This document shows, piece by piece, positions 6,506 through 15,704 of a DNA stretch of 40,536 bases; the first letter of the stretch is position 1; each line of letters starts with the position of its first letter. The stretch comes from a virus (Duplodnaviria > Caudoviricetes). The stretch covers positions 1 to 40,536 of the IMG/VR virus record IMGVR_UViG_3300037462_000269; one strand, 5' to 3'. The translations under genes were made by a program, and so were the position numbers. The notes beneath the pieces are model-generated. The model had not been told where the DNA came from, made no database searches, and saw only the letters and a list, made by a program, of their open reading frames with translations.

Positions 6506-7121
6506 GCGCACACGATGGACAGCCGCCGACGTGGCGAGTTTGCAGGCGAAAAAGAACTGGACGCACGGGCTAAAGGAGCCCGCACCACCAGCACCCGCAA
6601 AGCCAAAGAAAGCCGCTAAGCCACCGAAACCAGCACCGGTGCTTAGTACGCCTACGGATAAGCAACTTCTTTGCATCCGAACCGCCAAACAAGCGTGGCA
6701 AGCAATGGAGGCCGGAAAGAAACTGGCAGACAAGGTAGCCAAGGCTAAGCTAACCGATTCGTTTCGGGCTGCTGTTTGCGCTTTGTTCGCCGCCTACGGC
6801 CTGCCAATGCCTGAGTTCGAGTATAAGTTCCACTCAGACAGAAACTGGCGCTTAGACGTGTTTTTGCGCAAAGAACGCTTAGGGCTGGAGATTGATGGTG
6901 GCATATTCAGGGGTGGCGGGCATACTGGGGCTGGCCACGCTGAGGACTTCGACAAAGCGAACCATGCTATGTTGATCCACGGCATTACTACCCTGCATTT
7001 CTTGCCACCGTCCGAAACTGGCCGCCGAGACACGCTAATGGTTTTTGGCACCCACGCGATGATGAGCCACCTGCAAAAATTTGTGTTTGCCGTGCAACCT
7101 TTGTTGCCAGACGGCGTATAA
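6498..7121 (+). CDS. PD-(D/E)XK endonuclease (DUF559/Vsr-like)
   Basis: EYKFH...WRLD...LGLEIDGG...H...D.DK.N.A motif series. Confidence 0.75.
   Translation: MPKRTRWTAADVASLQAKKNWTHGLKEPAPPAPAKPKKAAKPPKPAPVLSTPTDKQLLCIRTAKQAWQAMEAGKKLADKVAKAKLTDSFRAAVCALFAAYGLPMPEFEYKFHSDRNWRLDVFLRKERLGLEIDGGIFRGGGHTGAGHAEDFDKANHAMLIHGITTLHFLPPSETGRRDTLMVFGTHAMMSHLQKFVFAVQPLLPDGV
7094..7121 (+). promoter_or_regulatory. ECF-like promoter variant GCAACC-N15-CGTATAA
   Basis: Embedded in the gene end upstream of ATG 7155; the TAA of the motif is the stop codon. Confidence 0.55.
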
Positions 7122-7154
7122 CGGCTATCTGTTAACCACAACCCAACCACAGTC

Positions 7155-7673
7155 ATGACAACCCAAGAAAAAGTTGAGATCAGAAAAGGCTCTGCCGCCA
7201 AAATAATCGCTATTGGAGCCCTACTCCAAGAAGCTGGCCAGCAGGTGATTGATGCTTATGAGCACAACGATTACTGGCGCGGCCGGATTGAAGAGCTCGA
7301 ATACGAGGTGAGCATTTACAAATCTGATCTTGCTTGCCGCAACGCCGAAAACGAGCGCCTGAAGGCCGAAACGCTTGCTGACTTGCAAAGCCAATTGCGG
7401 CACGCTATATCTGAGGCCGAATTTTACAAGGCTGAATTTGAGCGCGTCACCCAAAGCCTGAAGGCTCCCGAAGTAGAGATTGAGCGGTTGCTGGCCGAGA
7501 ACGCCGCCCTGTGTGCCCAAGTGGCCGAACTAGAGGGGCTGCTGCCAGAGGTGTATGCCACTCCACCAAACGGGAAATGGGCTTCTGATTTGGATTTTGA
7601 AGGCATTTACGCCTACCAACGGCGCAAGAAGAAAGAGGCCAGCAATGCACTATCCACACCTGCCGAAGGCTGA
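7155..7673 (+). CDS. Coiled-coil hypothetical protein
   Basis: 172 aa heptad-rich ORF with AC-rich leader. Confidence 0.7.
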   Translation: MTTQEKVEIRKGSAAKIIAIGALLQEAGQQVIDAYEHNDYWRGRIEELEYEVSIYKSDLACRNAENERLKAETLADLQSQLRHAISEAEFYKAEFERVTQSLKAPEVEIERLLAENAALCAQVAELEGLLPEVYATPPNGKWASDLDFEGIYAYQRRKKKEASNALSTPAEG

Positions 7674-7854
7674 GCAACTGGCCATTGCCAGATGGGCCAA
7701 AGATAACGGCGGACTGACGGCCAGAGAATACGATCACTGGCAGGCATTAGAGGACGAATTATCCGGGGTGCTAATCCCGGATTACGATCCCAAAATGTTG
7801 CTACCCAAGAGGACTAAGCCCAAAAGGGGGAAGGCAAGGAAGTTGATATACTAA
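7645..7854 (+). CDS. Small hypothetical protein
   Basis: ATG 7645; ends just before the terminator. Confidence 0.6.
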   Translation: MHYPHLPKAEQLAIARWAKDNGGLTAREYDHWQALEDELSGVLIPDYDPKMLLPKRTKPKRGKARKLIY

Positions 7855-7856
7855 CG

Positions 7857-7885
7857 ACAAAGGCCCCAATTACGGGGCCTTTTGT
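7857..7885. terminator. Bidirectional terminator at the convergence point
   Basis: AAAGGCCCC-N6-GGGGCCTTTT. Confidence 0.75.
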
Positions 7886-7980
7886 GCTTTGATCTTGTCT
7901 GCTTTCAGCATTGCCCACGCACGGGCCACGCTAACACTGGGGTTCGCCGTCAAGTACGGCAGGATTTCTGGGGGTGTCAT
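7870..7980 (-). CDS. Possible 36-aa protein (not in ORF track)
   Basis: MTPPEILPYLTANPSVSVARAWAMLKADKIKAQKAP between two terminators, preceded by TACTTTG. Confidence 0.4.
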   Translation of the reverse strand: MTPPEILPYLTANPSVSVARAWAMLKADKIKAQKAP

Positions 7981-8020
7981 GGGAATAGAAGTTGGTGGGG
8001 AACAATGACAAAGTACAAAC

Positions 8021-8047
8021 CACAAAGGGCCCATGAGGCCCTTTGTG
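8021..8047 (-). terminator. Terminator after the spanin gene
   Basis: 11-bp stem CACAAAGGGCC/GGCCCTTTGTG. Confidence 0.7.
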
Positions 8048-8064
8048 TGTACAAATGCCTATCG

Positions 8065-8574
8065 TCAGCCAAAGACGTGTTTGACCAGCAGGGCCAGCAG
8101 TAGAGCCGTAAGCGCGGCTATGGCAGCCCAGTTCCACCAAGGGGTTTTTGTTTCGGTTTCGGTGGTTACGATTCGTTCTGTCCGCGTTACCTCCACTACG
8201 TTAGTATCAATCCGCACGGGCAGTGCCTGACACTGTGCGTACAGGTTGCCAAGGCTGTCGAGCGCAAGGATAAGCCGCGCACGGCCCGTGCTGTCGGTGT
8301 AAGTCACGGTATCGTGGCGTAACTCTGTATAAGCTGACTGCCATAGGGGTATGCGGGTATCCACAGACGCGCCGGGCACGTTGATCGTCCACGGCACGGA
8401 CTTGGTTTGCACCTCAACGTAGCCTTGCCCACACGGCCCCCAGCGGCGTTCGCACGCCCGTTTTGAGGCGCAGCCAGATAGGCCAAAGGCCAAAGCCGTT
8501 AGGGCGATAATGCCCAGCAGGGCGTACAGGATAGCCTCCCAAGGGGCAAAGGGGTCGTGGTATCGGCGGCTCAT
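8065..8574 (-). CDS. Unimolecular spanin-like lipoprotein
   Basis: Signal peptide with lipobox LSGC, beta-rich middle, C-terminal transmembrane helix; follows the endolysin. Confidence 0.75.
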   Translation of the reverse strand: MSRRYHDPFAPWEAILYALLGIIALTALAFGLSGCASKRACERRWGPCGQGYVEVQTKSVPWTINVPGASVDTRIPLWQSAYTELRHDTVTYTDSTGRARLILALDSLGNLYAQCQALPVRIDTNVVEVTRTERIVTTETETKTPWWNWAAIAALTALLLALLVKHVFG

Positions 8575-9278
8575 AGCACAAATCTGTCAGCGGTTCCAAC
8601 TCCAAAGTTTTGCAAATGTACCACGTATCGGGCGTGGTTGTCTATAAGCTGCCGCCAATTGGCGAACAGCAAAGTTGACTCGTACTTGTTTGTGGGATAG
8701 CAGTGCTCCACCAGCGTAGCGTATTGCACCGTGTCCGTCAACAGCAAAGCTCCGCGCTGGCCTTTGGCTACCTGTTGATCCTTTCGCAACGTGCGGTTGC
8801 CGCCAAGCGCCTGCGTTGTGCAAAGGCTTGTATAGTTGGCCATTACCCGCCCGTGTTCGCTTGCGTACATCGAAAAGGTGCCCGTCACGTTAGCTTCTGT
8901 GTCCGTCAGCTTTCCGGCAGGTGGAGCAATGCCATTCAGGGCGTTCGTGTGGTGGCTTATCAGAAAATCACCACCAGCGGCATTGCATCGCTGTACCAAC
9001 TCCCAAAAGTAGCTGCGTTGCGGCGTGTCAACGCCCCCCCAATTGACAATGATCGGGGCAGCGCCACCAAGCGCCACTACGCGGACGGCAATCTCTGCCA
9101 CCATCTTGTGCGTGATTTCAGCTTCGTGGATCGGCGTGCCGTCTGGCATCATGGCAATGCTGCCGGGATCGTACGAATCGTTGTCGGTGTTACCACCGTG
9201 TCCGGCGTTTAGCACGACCACATACTTTTGATTGGCCTGAGCGAACTTTCGCCCGATTGCGGCTCCGAGTTTTGTCAT
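8571..9278 (-). CDS. Endolysin, N-acetylmuramoyl-L-alanine amidase (Amidase_3)
   Basis: VLNAGHGG, DPG, HE, FLISHHTNA and LVE motifs. Confidence 0.85.
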   Translation of the reverse strand: MTKLGAAIGRKFAQANQKYVVVLNAGHGGNTDNDSYDPGSIAMMPDGTPIHEAEITHKMVAEIAVRVVALGGAAPIIVNWGGVDTPQRSYFWELVQRCNAAGGDFLISHHTNALNGIAPPAGKLTDTEANVTGTFSMYASEHGRVMANYTSLCTTQALGGNRTLRKDQQVAKGQRGALLLTDTVQYATLVEHCYPTNKYESTLLFANWRQLIDNHARYVVHLQNFGVGTADRFVL

Positions 9279-9907
9279 TACAGTGTGATGGTTGATTTGT
9301 GTTCAGCAAGCGTAATCCAAGGGTTTGCAGGTCGAATGATGGCACTGCCCTTAGTCCAGTCCATCTCGTTTTCGGTGCGAAGGGCGCACGTCAGGGCGTT
9401 GGCGTTGACCGCGTTGCAAAGGTAGTTGTCAACTGGACAGGGCATCTTTTGGCTAAGCAAGCGCAGCGCCTTTTTGGCCCCCTGAATGCTCCAAAGCAAG
9501 GCGTGCGTAGTGACAGGGCCGCACTGGCATTTGATGTAACTGAGCCAGACGAAATCGCGGTCAAAGTCAAGCAAATCGGCTGGCGGTGGCATCAGTAGCT
9601 TGGCATCATCCTCAAGCACAAAGAACGTCCGGCCAAAGGCATTGATACCGTTGGTTAGCGCCTTGCGGTGACTTAACCAGCACCCTGCCGCGCCCTGTGA
9701 GACCCCAAAGGCATCTGGGGTAGCATAGCGCTTGGGGTCGATTTTCTGGCCGTCAACGGCAGGCAAGCGCCAACAACCGCCAGCAAATTTGCCTTGATTG
9801 TCAGCCACAAACTGAGCCAAGCGGTCTTTGCTACGGTCTAAGTTAATGACGATAGCAGGCGTGGCGCTTGGGTCTGTGGCAGGCCAAAGGGGTAGCAGTT
9901 CACTCAT
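9278..9907 (-). CDS. Glycosyltransferase family 25
   Basis: VINLDRSKDR, AVDG, GCWLSH and VLEDDA motifs. Confidence 0.88.
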   Translation of the reverse strand: MSELLPLWPATDPSATPAIVINLDRSKDRLAQFVADNQGKFAGGCWRLPAVDGQKIDPKRYATPDAFGVSQGAAGCWLSHRKALTNGINAFGRTFFVLEDDAKLLMPPPADLLDFDRDFVWLSYIKCQCGPVTTHALLWSIQGAKKALRLLSQKMPCPVDNYLCNAVNANALTCALRTENEMDWTKGSAIIRPANPWITLAEHKSTITL

Positions 9908-10500
9908 CGTTTGACGGCTTTGACGGTGAGGTTCGGGATAGGGTAGCTGCGGGCGGCTTGGGTGTGTTCGGGCTGAATGTCGTCCACGAGGTCATACGGC
10001 CAGCTTTCGGAAAAGTACGGGCCTAAATCGGCTTTGAATGCTTCCCATTCGTCGGGCGAATCTTGCAAGTTGCTGGCCTCAAAGCCCAAGGCGTTCAGTT
10101 CAGCCTCCATCAGCGCTTGGCTCCACCCGCCGTGGTGGACGTTGTAGGCGTTGGCCACAACACGTTGGGCCGGGGTAAAGGCGCACGTTTTCCAGACGGC
10201 CTCTAATTGCGGGTTCCCATACGCTTGGGCCGCCAGCTTCAGGATGTCGGTTTGCAGCACGTACAGCACGCCACCTTTTTTGAGTACTGCCTGCACTTCG
10301 CGCAGGAAAGCCTTATATTCTGTCACGGGGATATGCTCTAATGTGTGAATCATGCGCACAGCATCCACCGTGCCCGCTTTGTATCGGGTACTGAGTGACG
10401 TTTTCACAAAGTCAAGTTTGACGTTTGCGTCGCCTACGGCGTTAACGGTAGTCCACCCGTTTGCGGCATTTCCGGTGCCGCCCAAGTCAAGTTTAATCAT
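9904..10500 (-). CDS. Class I SAM-dependent methyltransferase (type 11-like)
   Basis: LDLGGTG, HTLEHI and VLKKGGVL motifs; start reassigned to MIKLD. Confidence 0.8.
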   Translation of the reverse strand: MIKLDLGGTGNAANGWTTVNAVGDANVKLDFVKTSLSTRYKAGTVDAVRMIHTLEHIPVTEYKAFLREVQAVLKKGGVLYVLQTDILKLAAQAYGNPQLEAVWKTCAFTPAQRVVANAYNVHHGGWSQALMEAELNALGFEASNLQDSPDEWEAFKADLGPYFSESWPYDLVDDIQPEHTQAARSYPIPNLTVKAVKR

Positions 10501-11278
10501 CGTTTCTTGCGATTTTGGCAAATAAAGACTGCGATTGTTGCAAATATTGCGGCGTAACCGCCTGCATGTGTGCCATATTGTTAGACTCCCACAGGTGCAG
10601 CGCGAATGTTTTGTGCGACACATCATCGCATCTATCAACAAATATCGCCAAGCCACTGATAGCATCCCAAGTAGGCCAAAGGCATTCTTCGGTATCCCAA
10701 ACATGAACGTAGTCACGCCCTTGTTTTGCCAATTCCCACGGCAAGCCAACGCTGTGGGCGTTCCACTCGGCGGGGGAAAAGTGCTTTTTGGTTTCGCTCA
10801 ACCACCGGACAACAAATGGCATACTGTGGGTTGGGGCGCACATAATGGCATTGCAAAGCCCAACGGTTTTGCCGTCAGGGAACCGCTCCTGCCCAATATG
10901 CAGCCGCGTTTGGTCAATCGGCGGCGGTTGTTTGCGCACGATAACGTCCAAATCAAGCCACCATCCGCCCATTGTGGCCAGCGCATTGAGGCGGATAAAG
11001 TCTGAGATGTGCGCAGGCTTTACGGGTTGGTTGGGCACGTTGGTTATCCAGTGTTGGTTGACTTGAGCAAACGAAATGGCATACCACAGCGCCTCATAGT
11101 CGGTGCCCGTAATGTCGCAAGCCTGCCGGAGCCAGTCGTAATTCACGATTTGCTTTGCCTCAGGCATCCAAATCGTTATTGATACGGTAGGATCAAGCCG
11201 TAACCACGTAGCAAGACAGACGTGGTGCGCAAAAAGAAGGGGGTCTTTGTCGAACCCCCAAGCTGTGTGGATTGTCAT
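10493..11278 (-). CDS. Glycosyltransferase family 32 (DXD)
   Basis: IHTAW, HISDFIRLNAL..MGGWWLDLDV, NAIM and LHLW motifs. Confidence 0.88.
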   Translation of the reverse strand: MTIHTAWGFDKDPLLFAHHVCLATWLRLDPTVSITIWMPEAKQIVNYDWLRQACDITGTDYEALWYAISFAQVNQHWITNVPNQPVKPAHISDFIRLNALATMGGWWLDLDVIVRKQPPPIDQTRLHIGQERFPDGKTVGLCNAIMCAPTHSMPFVVRWLSETKKHFSPAEWNAHSVGLPWELAKQGRDYVHVWDTEECLWPTWDAISGLAIFVDRCDDVSHKTFALHLWESNNMAHMQAVTPQYLQQSQSLFAKIARNDD

Positions 11279-11310
11279 AAAATTGGGATTGTCGTTGAAT
11301 ATTAGAGGCG

Positions 11311-11826
11311 TTAGGATTTCTGACTGTCGTCTGGCTTGCCAGTCCAGTTGCCTTTTTCGTCCCACTGCTGAAACCGGGCGAGCAACCATTTGGGCAGCGG
11401 GCGGATGCCAAAAGCGCCTAAGTTTTCGACCACGCTAATAGCCTCACGGATAAGGATAAAGCTGTAAACCACAGCATCAAGCCAAGGGACAATCGTACCT
11501 ATGACTTCGTTTTCCGAGCCGCGCACTGGCGCGTTGAGAATAACGTGCACAATAATCAGGGCAGCCCCGTAACCTATCAGTTTTGCCAACACGCCCTTGC
11601 CAAGCTTGCTGCTGTTGAATTTGCCCAGCTTCAGCGCCTTGGCAATGCCAGTCAGCGTATCGACGCCAACGGCCACCACCACGAAGGCGGCGAATTGCCA
11701 GTCATTGAAGATGAATTTTTCAAACAGTAGCACGAACGGGGCGGTTGCCCAAGCACATAGAAGCAAGAAGGCCAGCATCTTAGGAGAAATATAGGGGTGT
11801 TGTAGGTATGCAAGCATGGTTTTCAC
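11311..11826 (-). CDS. Phage holin (holin_4-like)
   Basis: Several transmembrane segments; DTLTGI.KA, F.S.KL and EAISVVENL...G..LP motifs. Confidence 0.82.
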   Translation of the reverse strand: MKTMLAYLQHPYISPKMLAFLLLCAWATAPFVLLFEKFIFNDWQFAAFVVVAVGVDTLTGIAKALKLGKFNSSKLGKGVLAKLIGYGAALIIVHVILNAPVRGSENEVIGTIVPWLDAVVYSFILIREAISVVENLGAFGIRPLPKWLLARFQQWDEKGNWTGKPDDSQKS

Positions 11827-12269
11827 TGGATTAAAGTTTCATTTTCCCATGTTTTCATTGCCTTTTTTTCGCTGCTATATTGGGGGTCATAAACCCAAGA
11901 AAGTGACGAAAAGGCAATAAGTTGATAGATAAACCAGAATAGTGCCACTATGCACCAATGAAAGGGGACTGGGAACCGCCAGCAGCACAAACATAGCAAA
12001 ATGTAAGTATAGTTGGCAAGTTGAAAGGTGGAGCAAATGGTGCAACCACCCAACGCATCTTGCAACTTGCCGAAGCCTTTGCCGCGCTTTTTGAGGGCCA
12101 GCAGCCAGTGCCCGACGCGGCTAAGCACTGCATTGTCGTCAATGTAGTTGGCTCCAGAGGCCGTCCAACGCCAGCCTATGGCGAACTGCCACAGTTTGAC
12201 GGCTGAGGCCGTCGAGAACGCAAAAAGGCAAAGGAGAACCAATGCCAATAAGTACCAGAGGGTTTGCAT
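11823..12269 (-). CDS. Membrane protein with CxxC (DUF1360-like)
   Basis: Three hydrophobic segments and LGGCTIC. Confidence 0.6.
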   Translation of the reverse strand: MQTLWYLLALVLLCLFAFSTASAVKLWQFAIGWRWTASGANYIDDNAVLSRVGHWLLALKKRGKGFGKLQDALGGCTICSTFQLANYTYILLCLCCWRFPVPFHWCIVALFWFIYQLIAFSSLSWVYDPQYSSEKKAMKTWENETLIQ

Positions 12270-12604
12270 CAGTGATAGAATTTAAGCGTGAATGTATTGT
12301 ACGCAGGATCAGTCCCGAAGGTTACACGTTCCCCGTCGGAATCATTCAAAATGAAAGTGACGGCGGGTTGCAAGTCCGGTAATGCGCTGCCGGGCACGGT
12401 CACGGGCTCGCCGCTTACCACCTCTATGGTGCTGGCAAACCACTTGCCAGCGAACCAGTACCGCAAGGTATAGTTGCCCGTTGCCGTGGCCACAATGGGC
12501 AGCATATAGGCTGTTTGGCAGCCGTGCTTGTATTGCCCAAGGCAGGTCGTTGGGCCAATGCAAGGGCAATCAAGCCCGTAATCTGGTGGTTGTGCGTAGC
12601 TCAT
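12269..12604 (-). CDS. Hypothetical beta-rich protein, probably virion-associated
   Basis: Translationally coupled within the late operon. Confidence 0.65.
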   Translation of the reverse strand: MSYAQPPDYGLDCPCIGPTTCLGQYKHGCQTAYMLPIVATATGNYTLRYWFAGKWFASTIEVVSGEPVTVPGSALPDLQPAVTFILNDSDGERVTFGTDPAYNTFTLKFYH

Positions 12605-12744
12605 AAGGCAAACTTATCGGGGTGGGCAGCTACAAAAGCGTTATGCGCATCCACCTCGGTTGTGGTATGCACAATATCGCTGGTTTCGGAATCAATTACC
12701 CGAAACTCAGTTATCTCTGAGGCTATGATAAGGACAATCCACAT
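12601..12744 (-). CDS. 47-aa protein (not in ORF track)
   Basis: TAATG overlap at its start and ATGA overlap at its end fill the gap exactly. Confidence 0.7.
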   Translation of the reverse strand: MWIVLIIASEITEFRVIDSETSDIVHTTTEVDAHNAFVAAHPDKFAL

Positions 12745-14195
12745 TAGGACACGAGGTATAGTAGTGAGTTTGAGGAGTTGACCGCCGTTATGGTAGGATT
12801 TGTTGGAGGGGTGCCCCCGGGGCTTTGTCCGGCGTTATTTGCCCGCCACACCCTTGTATTGAGCACGTTGCTTAGTATGCTCATTTGAGCATTAGCGTAA
12901 GACCGGAACTCTACGGCGTTAGACGAGCATATAAGGCCGCAGTAGTACCGTGCACCTGGTGTTAGGGCAGGCAGGCCAGTAAGAGGGATAACCACCAACC
13001 CACTGGCGGCGGCTGGAAACACGGCGCTCGACCAAATGACTTGGCCCGGTGCTGGGCACGCCGAAAACACGCCGCTATCATCCCATAGGGCAAACTGTGC
13101 AGTTGAACCAGCTTGTGGCGTCTGTATGTATAGGTATAGGTTGGTGGGCGCAAACGGCAGGTCGCACACAAATGTCTGGTAAGTGTAGCTGTTGGCCGTT
13201 AGGGTTAGTACCGTAGGGTTGCCGGTAAAAGACCAGAGAAGCCGATGCACAAGGCCAACGCCCTCCAATAACATCTCCTGTTGTTTGCGCCAGCGGGCCC
13301 CTATGTTTGCGGTTGCTTGCGCCGTAGCCGCGTTTGCCAGCGCGGTGTTTGCCGTGCCCTGAGCGGTTGCCGCATTAGCAAGGGCAGTGTTTGCTGTGCT
13401 TTGCGCCGTGGCTGCGTTCGTAACCCCGGTGTTGGCTGTCGTTTGTGCAACAGCTATATTGCCTTCAGCAGCCGCTAAGCCCAAGGATAGCGCCTGTATA
13501 TCCTGCTCGGCTACGTCTACCCGGCCTGTTAACGCTGCAAAGGCGCTGGAAAGGGTTTGCAGTTCGTTTTCGATCGGCCCGAACTGGGCCATAATGTCGA
13601 TGATTACCTGACACTGAGCTAAAGTGGCACAAGTAAGATACTCAACGACTGGCGCAGGCACCGGATAAGGGCCGCACCCCGTTTGCGGCTCATAGGTATC
13701 CTCACAAGTTGGCGGGCAGGCCGTCAGGCTCAAATCTATCTGGAAGTCAGAGTACACGGCTTGTTGCCGCATAGGCTCTTGCCCAAAAAGTTCCGCATAC
13801 CCGCTTGAGCCGTCCAATTGTGTCCGCGATACCACGGCGTCAAACCAGTAGTCTTCAGCACTCCGCTGCCATTGCCCAAACGTGCTGAAGGCCCCAGATA
13901 GGTCATTATCCATCCCATACACCAGCACCACACGGGCGGTGGTGGTACGCATAATGACCCTGCCGGTTGCGTCTGTCACGTCCAAAATCGAACTCGTTTG
14001 GTACGCAAAGGCCGTAACAGGCAGGTTGTCTTTGGGCGCTATGGGGATGAAGTTCGGCCCTTCCCGAAGGCAGTACTTGACGGGCTGCCCTTCGGGCTTC
14101 ACCACGTAAACGGGTGCGTAGGCTTCGGCAATCTCCGGCACCTTGCATTTTAGCCCATGCAACAGGTCTTTCAAGTAGTCGGTATGTATGCTCAT
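12744..14195 (-). CDS. Tail-terminator-like domain fused to a coiled-coil fibre and C-terminal beta domain
   Basis: Position after the neck genes; ANTALANAATAQ repeats; beta-rich C-terminus. Confidence 0.55.
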   Translation of the reverse strand: MSIHTDYLKDLLHGLKCKVPEIAEAYAPVYVVKPEGQPVKYCLREGPNFIPIAPKDNLPVTAFAYQTSSILDVTDATGRVIMRTTTARVVLVYGMDNDLSGAFSTFGQWQRSAEDYWFDAVVSRTQLDGSSGYAELFGQEPMRQQAVYSDFQIDLSLTACPPTCEDTYEPQTGCGPYPVPAPVVEYLTCATLAQCQVIIDIMAQFGPIENELQTLSSAFAALTGRVDVAEQDIQALSLGLAAAEGNIAVAQTTANTGVTNAATAQSTANTALANAATAQGTANTALANAATAQATANIGARWRKQQEMLLEGVGLVHRLLWSFTGNPTVLTLTANSYTYQTFVCDLPFAPTNLYLYIQTPQAGSTAQFALWDDSGVFSACPAPGQVIWSSAVFPAAASGLVVIPLTGLPALTPGARYYCGLICSSNAVEFRSYANAQMSILSNVLNTRVWRANNAGQSPGGTPPTNPTITAVNSSNSLLYLVS

Positions 14196-14686
14196 AGTAG
14201 GATAGCCCTAAGTTCAAGTTCGATTGCCCGGCGTGCGGCTGCCGATTCGCGTGGCCCCGGCTCAAAGGCTGTTGGGTATTTCTTGCGCAACTTACGCAAC
14301 TTATAATCTTGCGAAGGGCTGACGTACAAAGTGCCACGTGTCATCGAAATGGCCGTAGGCTGAATGCTGCGAAAAAGTTCGCCAGTCAGGTAGAGGTCAA
14401 CGTATTCGCCCTGCCGCCCGTTGAGTATCCGAAATTGCCGATAGCCACCTTTAACGATTGCCCTGAATGCCGACTTGCGGGGCCAGAACGCCTTTGGGAT
14501 AGCAATAGGGCGCGTGGAGTACACGCCCAACGGTTGTTCATCGGCCCCCAGCCCTTCGGTGAACAAACGGCGCTTAAACTCGGAATCAACAGCGTTCATC
14601 ACGGGCACGAAAAACGTCCCCGACCTCAACGCAGTGTCAAGCCGAGTGAGCCGCGCTTCAAATTGATCCGGGGTTTCGTTCATCAT
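14192..14686 (-). CDS. Neck / tail completion protein
   Basis: Basic protein with VDLYLTGELFRSI; synteny. Confidence 0.6.
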   Translation of the reverse strand: MMNETPDQFEARLTRLDTALRSGTFFVPVMNAVDSEFKRRLFTEGLGADEQPLGVYSTRPIAIPKAFWPRKSAFRAIVKGGYRQFRILNGRQGEYVDLYLTGELFRSIQPTAISMTRGTLYVSPSQDYKLRKLRKKYPTAFEPGPRESAAARRAIELELRAILL

Positions 14687-15699
14687 ACGGCCACCCTGAC
14701 TTTACGCCCACGGCAGTTGAGGCACGGGTCTTTAAGCCGCCCCATGTATTGCCGCAAGCCTTGTGCAACTTGCTCAAATTCAGACACGTACTCTGCTTTG
14801 TAGTAGGCAAGTTGCTCACTAAGCAAGGCCGCATCCATCGTTACGTAGTTCTGGCGCTCTCGGCTGAACATAGCCCATTGCACCAGCCTTATACCGGCTG
14901 CCCAACGGGTCACGCCCACCAATTGGGGCGCAAGCTGGCAATGCAGTTGCCACACGTCACAGATGAGCGATATGTCGATAGCTAACCCGCCAGTAGTGAT
15001 GCCTGTTTTGGTCACCGTTTCTGGCGTATCGCCCTCCATAGCGTAGACGGTGAACGCTCCGTACTGATAGCCGCCACCGTTGAGGCAAGCCATACAGGAC
15101 GTACAGTCAGGCGCTTCCCAGTTCATGTTACGGATGCCCAAGCCGTTGGTGTTCACCAACACGGTGACCGGGAATTTGCTCATTAGTGTGGTCACGGGCC
15201 GGATGGTGGCTGCAAAGCCGCCACGTGTCTCCACCGCTTCTGCCTGAAAATCGTAGCGCTCAGTGCCCGCCAGAATGGCAAAGTCCACGGGGCCTTCGCC
15301 GTCCGTGTACACCGTCAGTTCGTTGACCTGCACCGCCGACATACCCCCTTCGGCAGTGTAGGGGCAAAACTGGACGCCTGCCCAAGTGGCTGGCAACGGT
15401 ATATAGCTGGTCTTTGGGTAGCCGACTTTTATCCGGCCCAATGACTCCCATACGTCCCATTCGCCAAGTTCCCGCAGGTACTTGCGCAGATCAACATTAA
15501 CCTGTTCATGTGCTTGGTTAACAAGGTTTTGCAACAACGCTTTTGAGTTGTTGTTTGTGCTTACCCCCGTAAGCATAGACGCAATGTCCAAGCTCAGGCC
15601 GGGGATGGTGTTGACGAATCCCAGATATGACGAGGGGTCAACGCTTTCGCATGACCCCTCTATACCTAAGACCGCGTTGAGGCAGTCGGTGTGTCGCAT
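14683..15699 (-). CDS. Head completion / adaptor-like virion protein
   Basis: Directly downstream of the capsid gene; start reassigned to MRHTD. Confidence 0.55.
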   Translation of the reverse strand: MRHTDCLNAVLGIEGSCESVDPSSYLGFVNTIPGLSLDIASMLTGVSTNNNSKALLQNLVNQAHEQVNVDLRKYLRELGEWDVWESLGRIKVGYPKTSYIPLPATWAGVQFCPYTAEGGMSAVQVNELTVYTDGEGPVDFAILAGTERYDFQAEAVETRGGFAATIRPVTTLMSKFPVTVLVNTNGLGIRNMNWEAPDCTSCMACLNGGGYQYGAFTVYAMEGDTPETVTKTGITTGGLAIDISLICDVWQLHCQLAPQLVGVTRWAAGIRLVQWAMFSRERQNYVTMDAALLSEQLAYYKAEYVSEFEQVAQGLRQYMGRLKDPCLNCRGRKVRVAV

Positions 15700-15704
15700 G
15701 TTGG

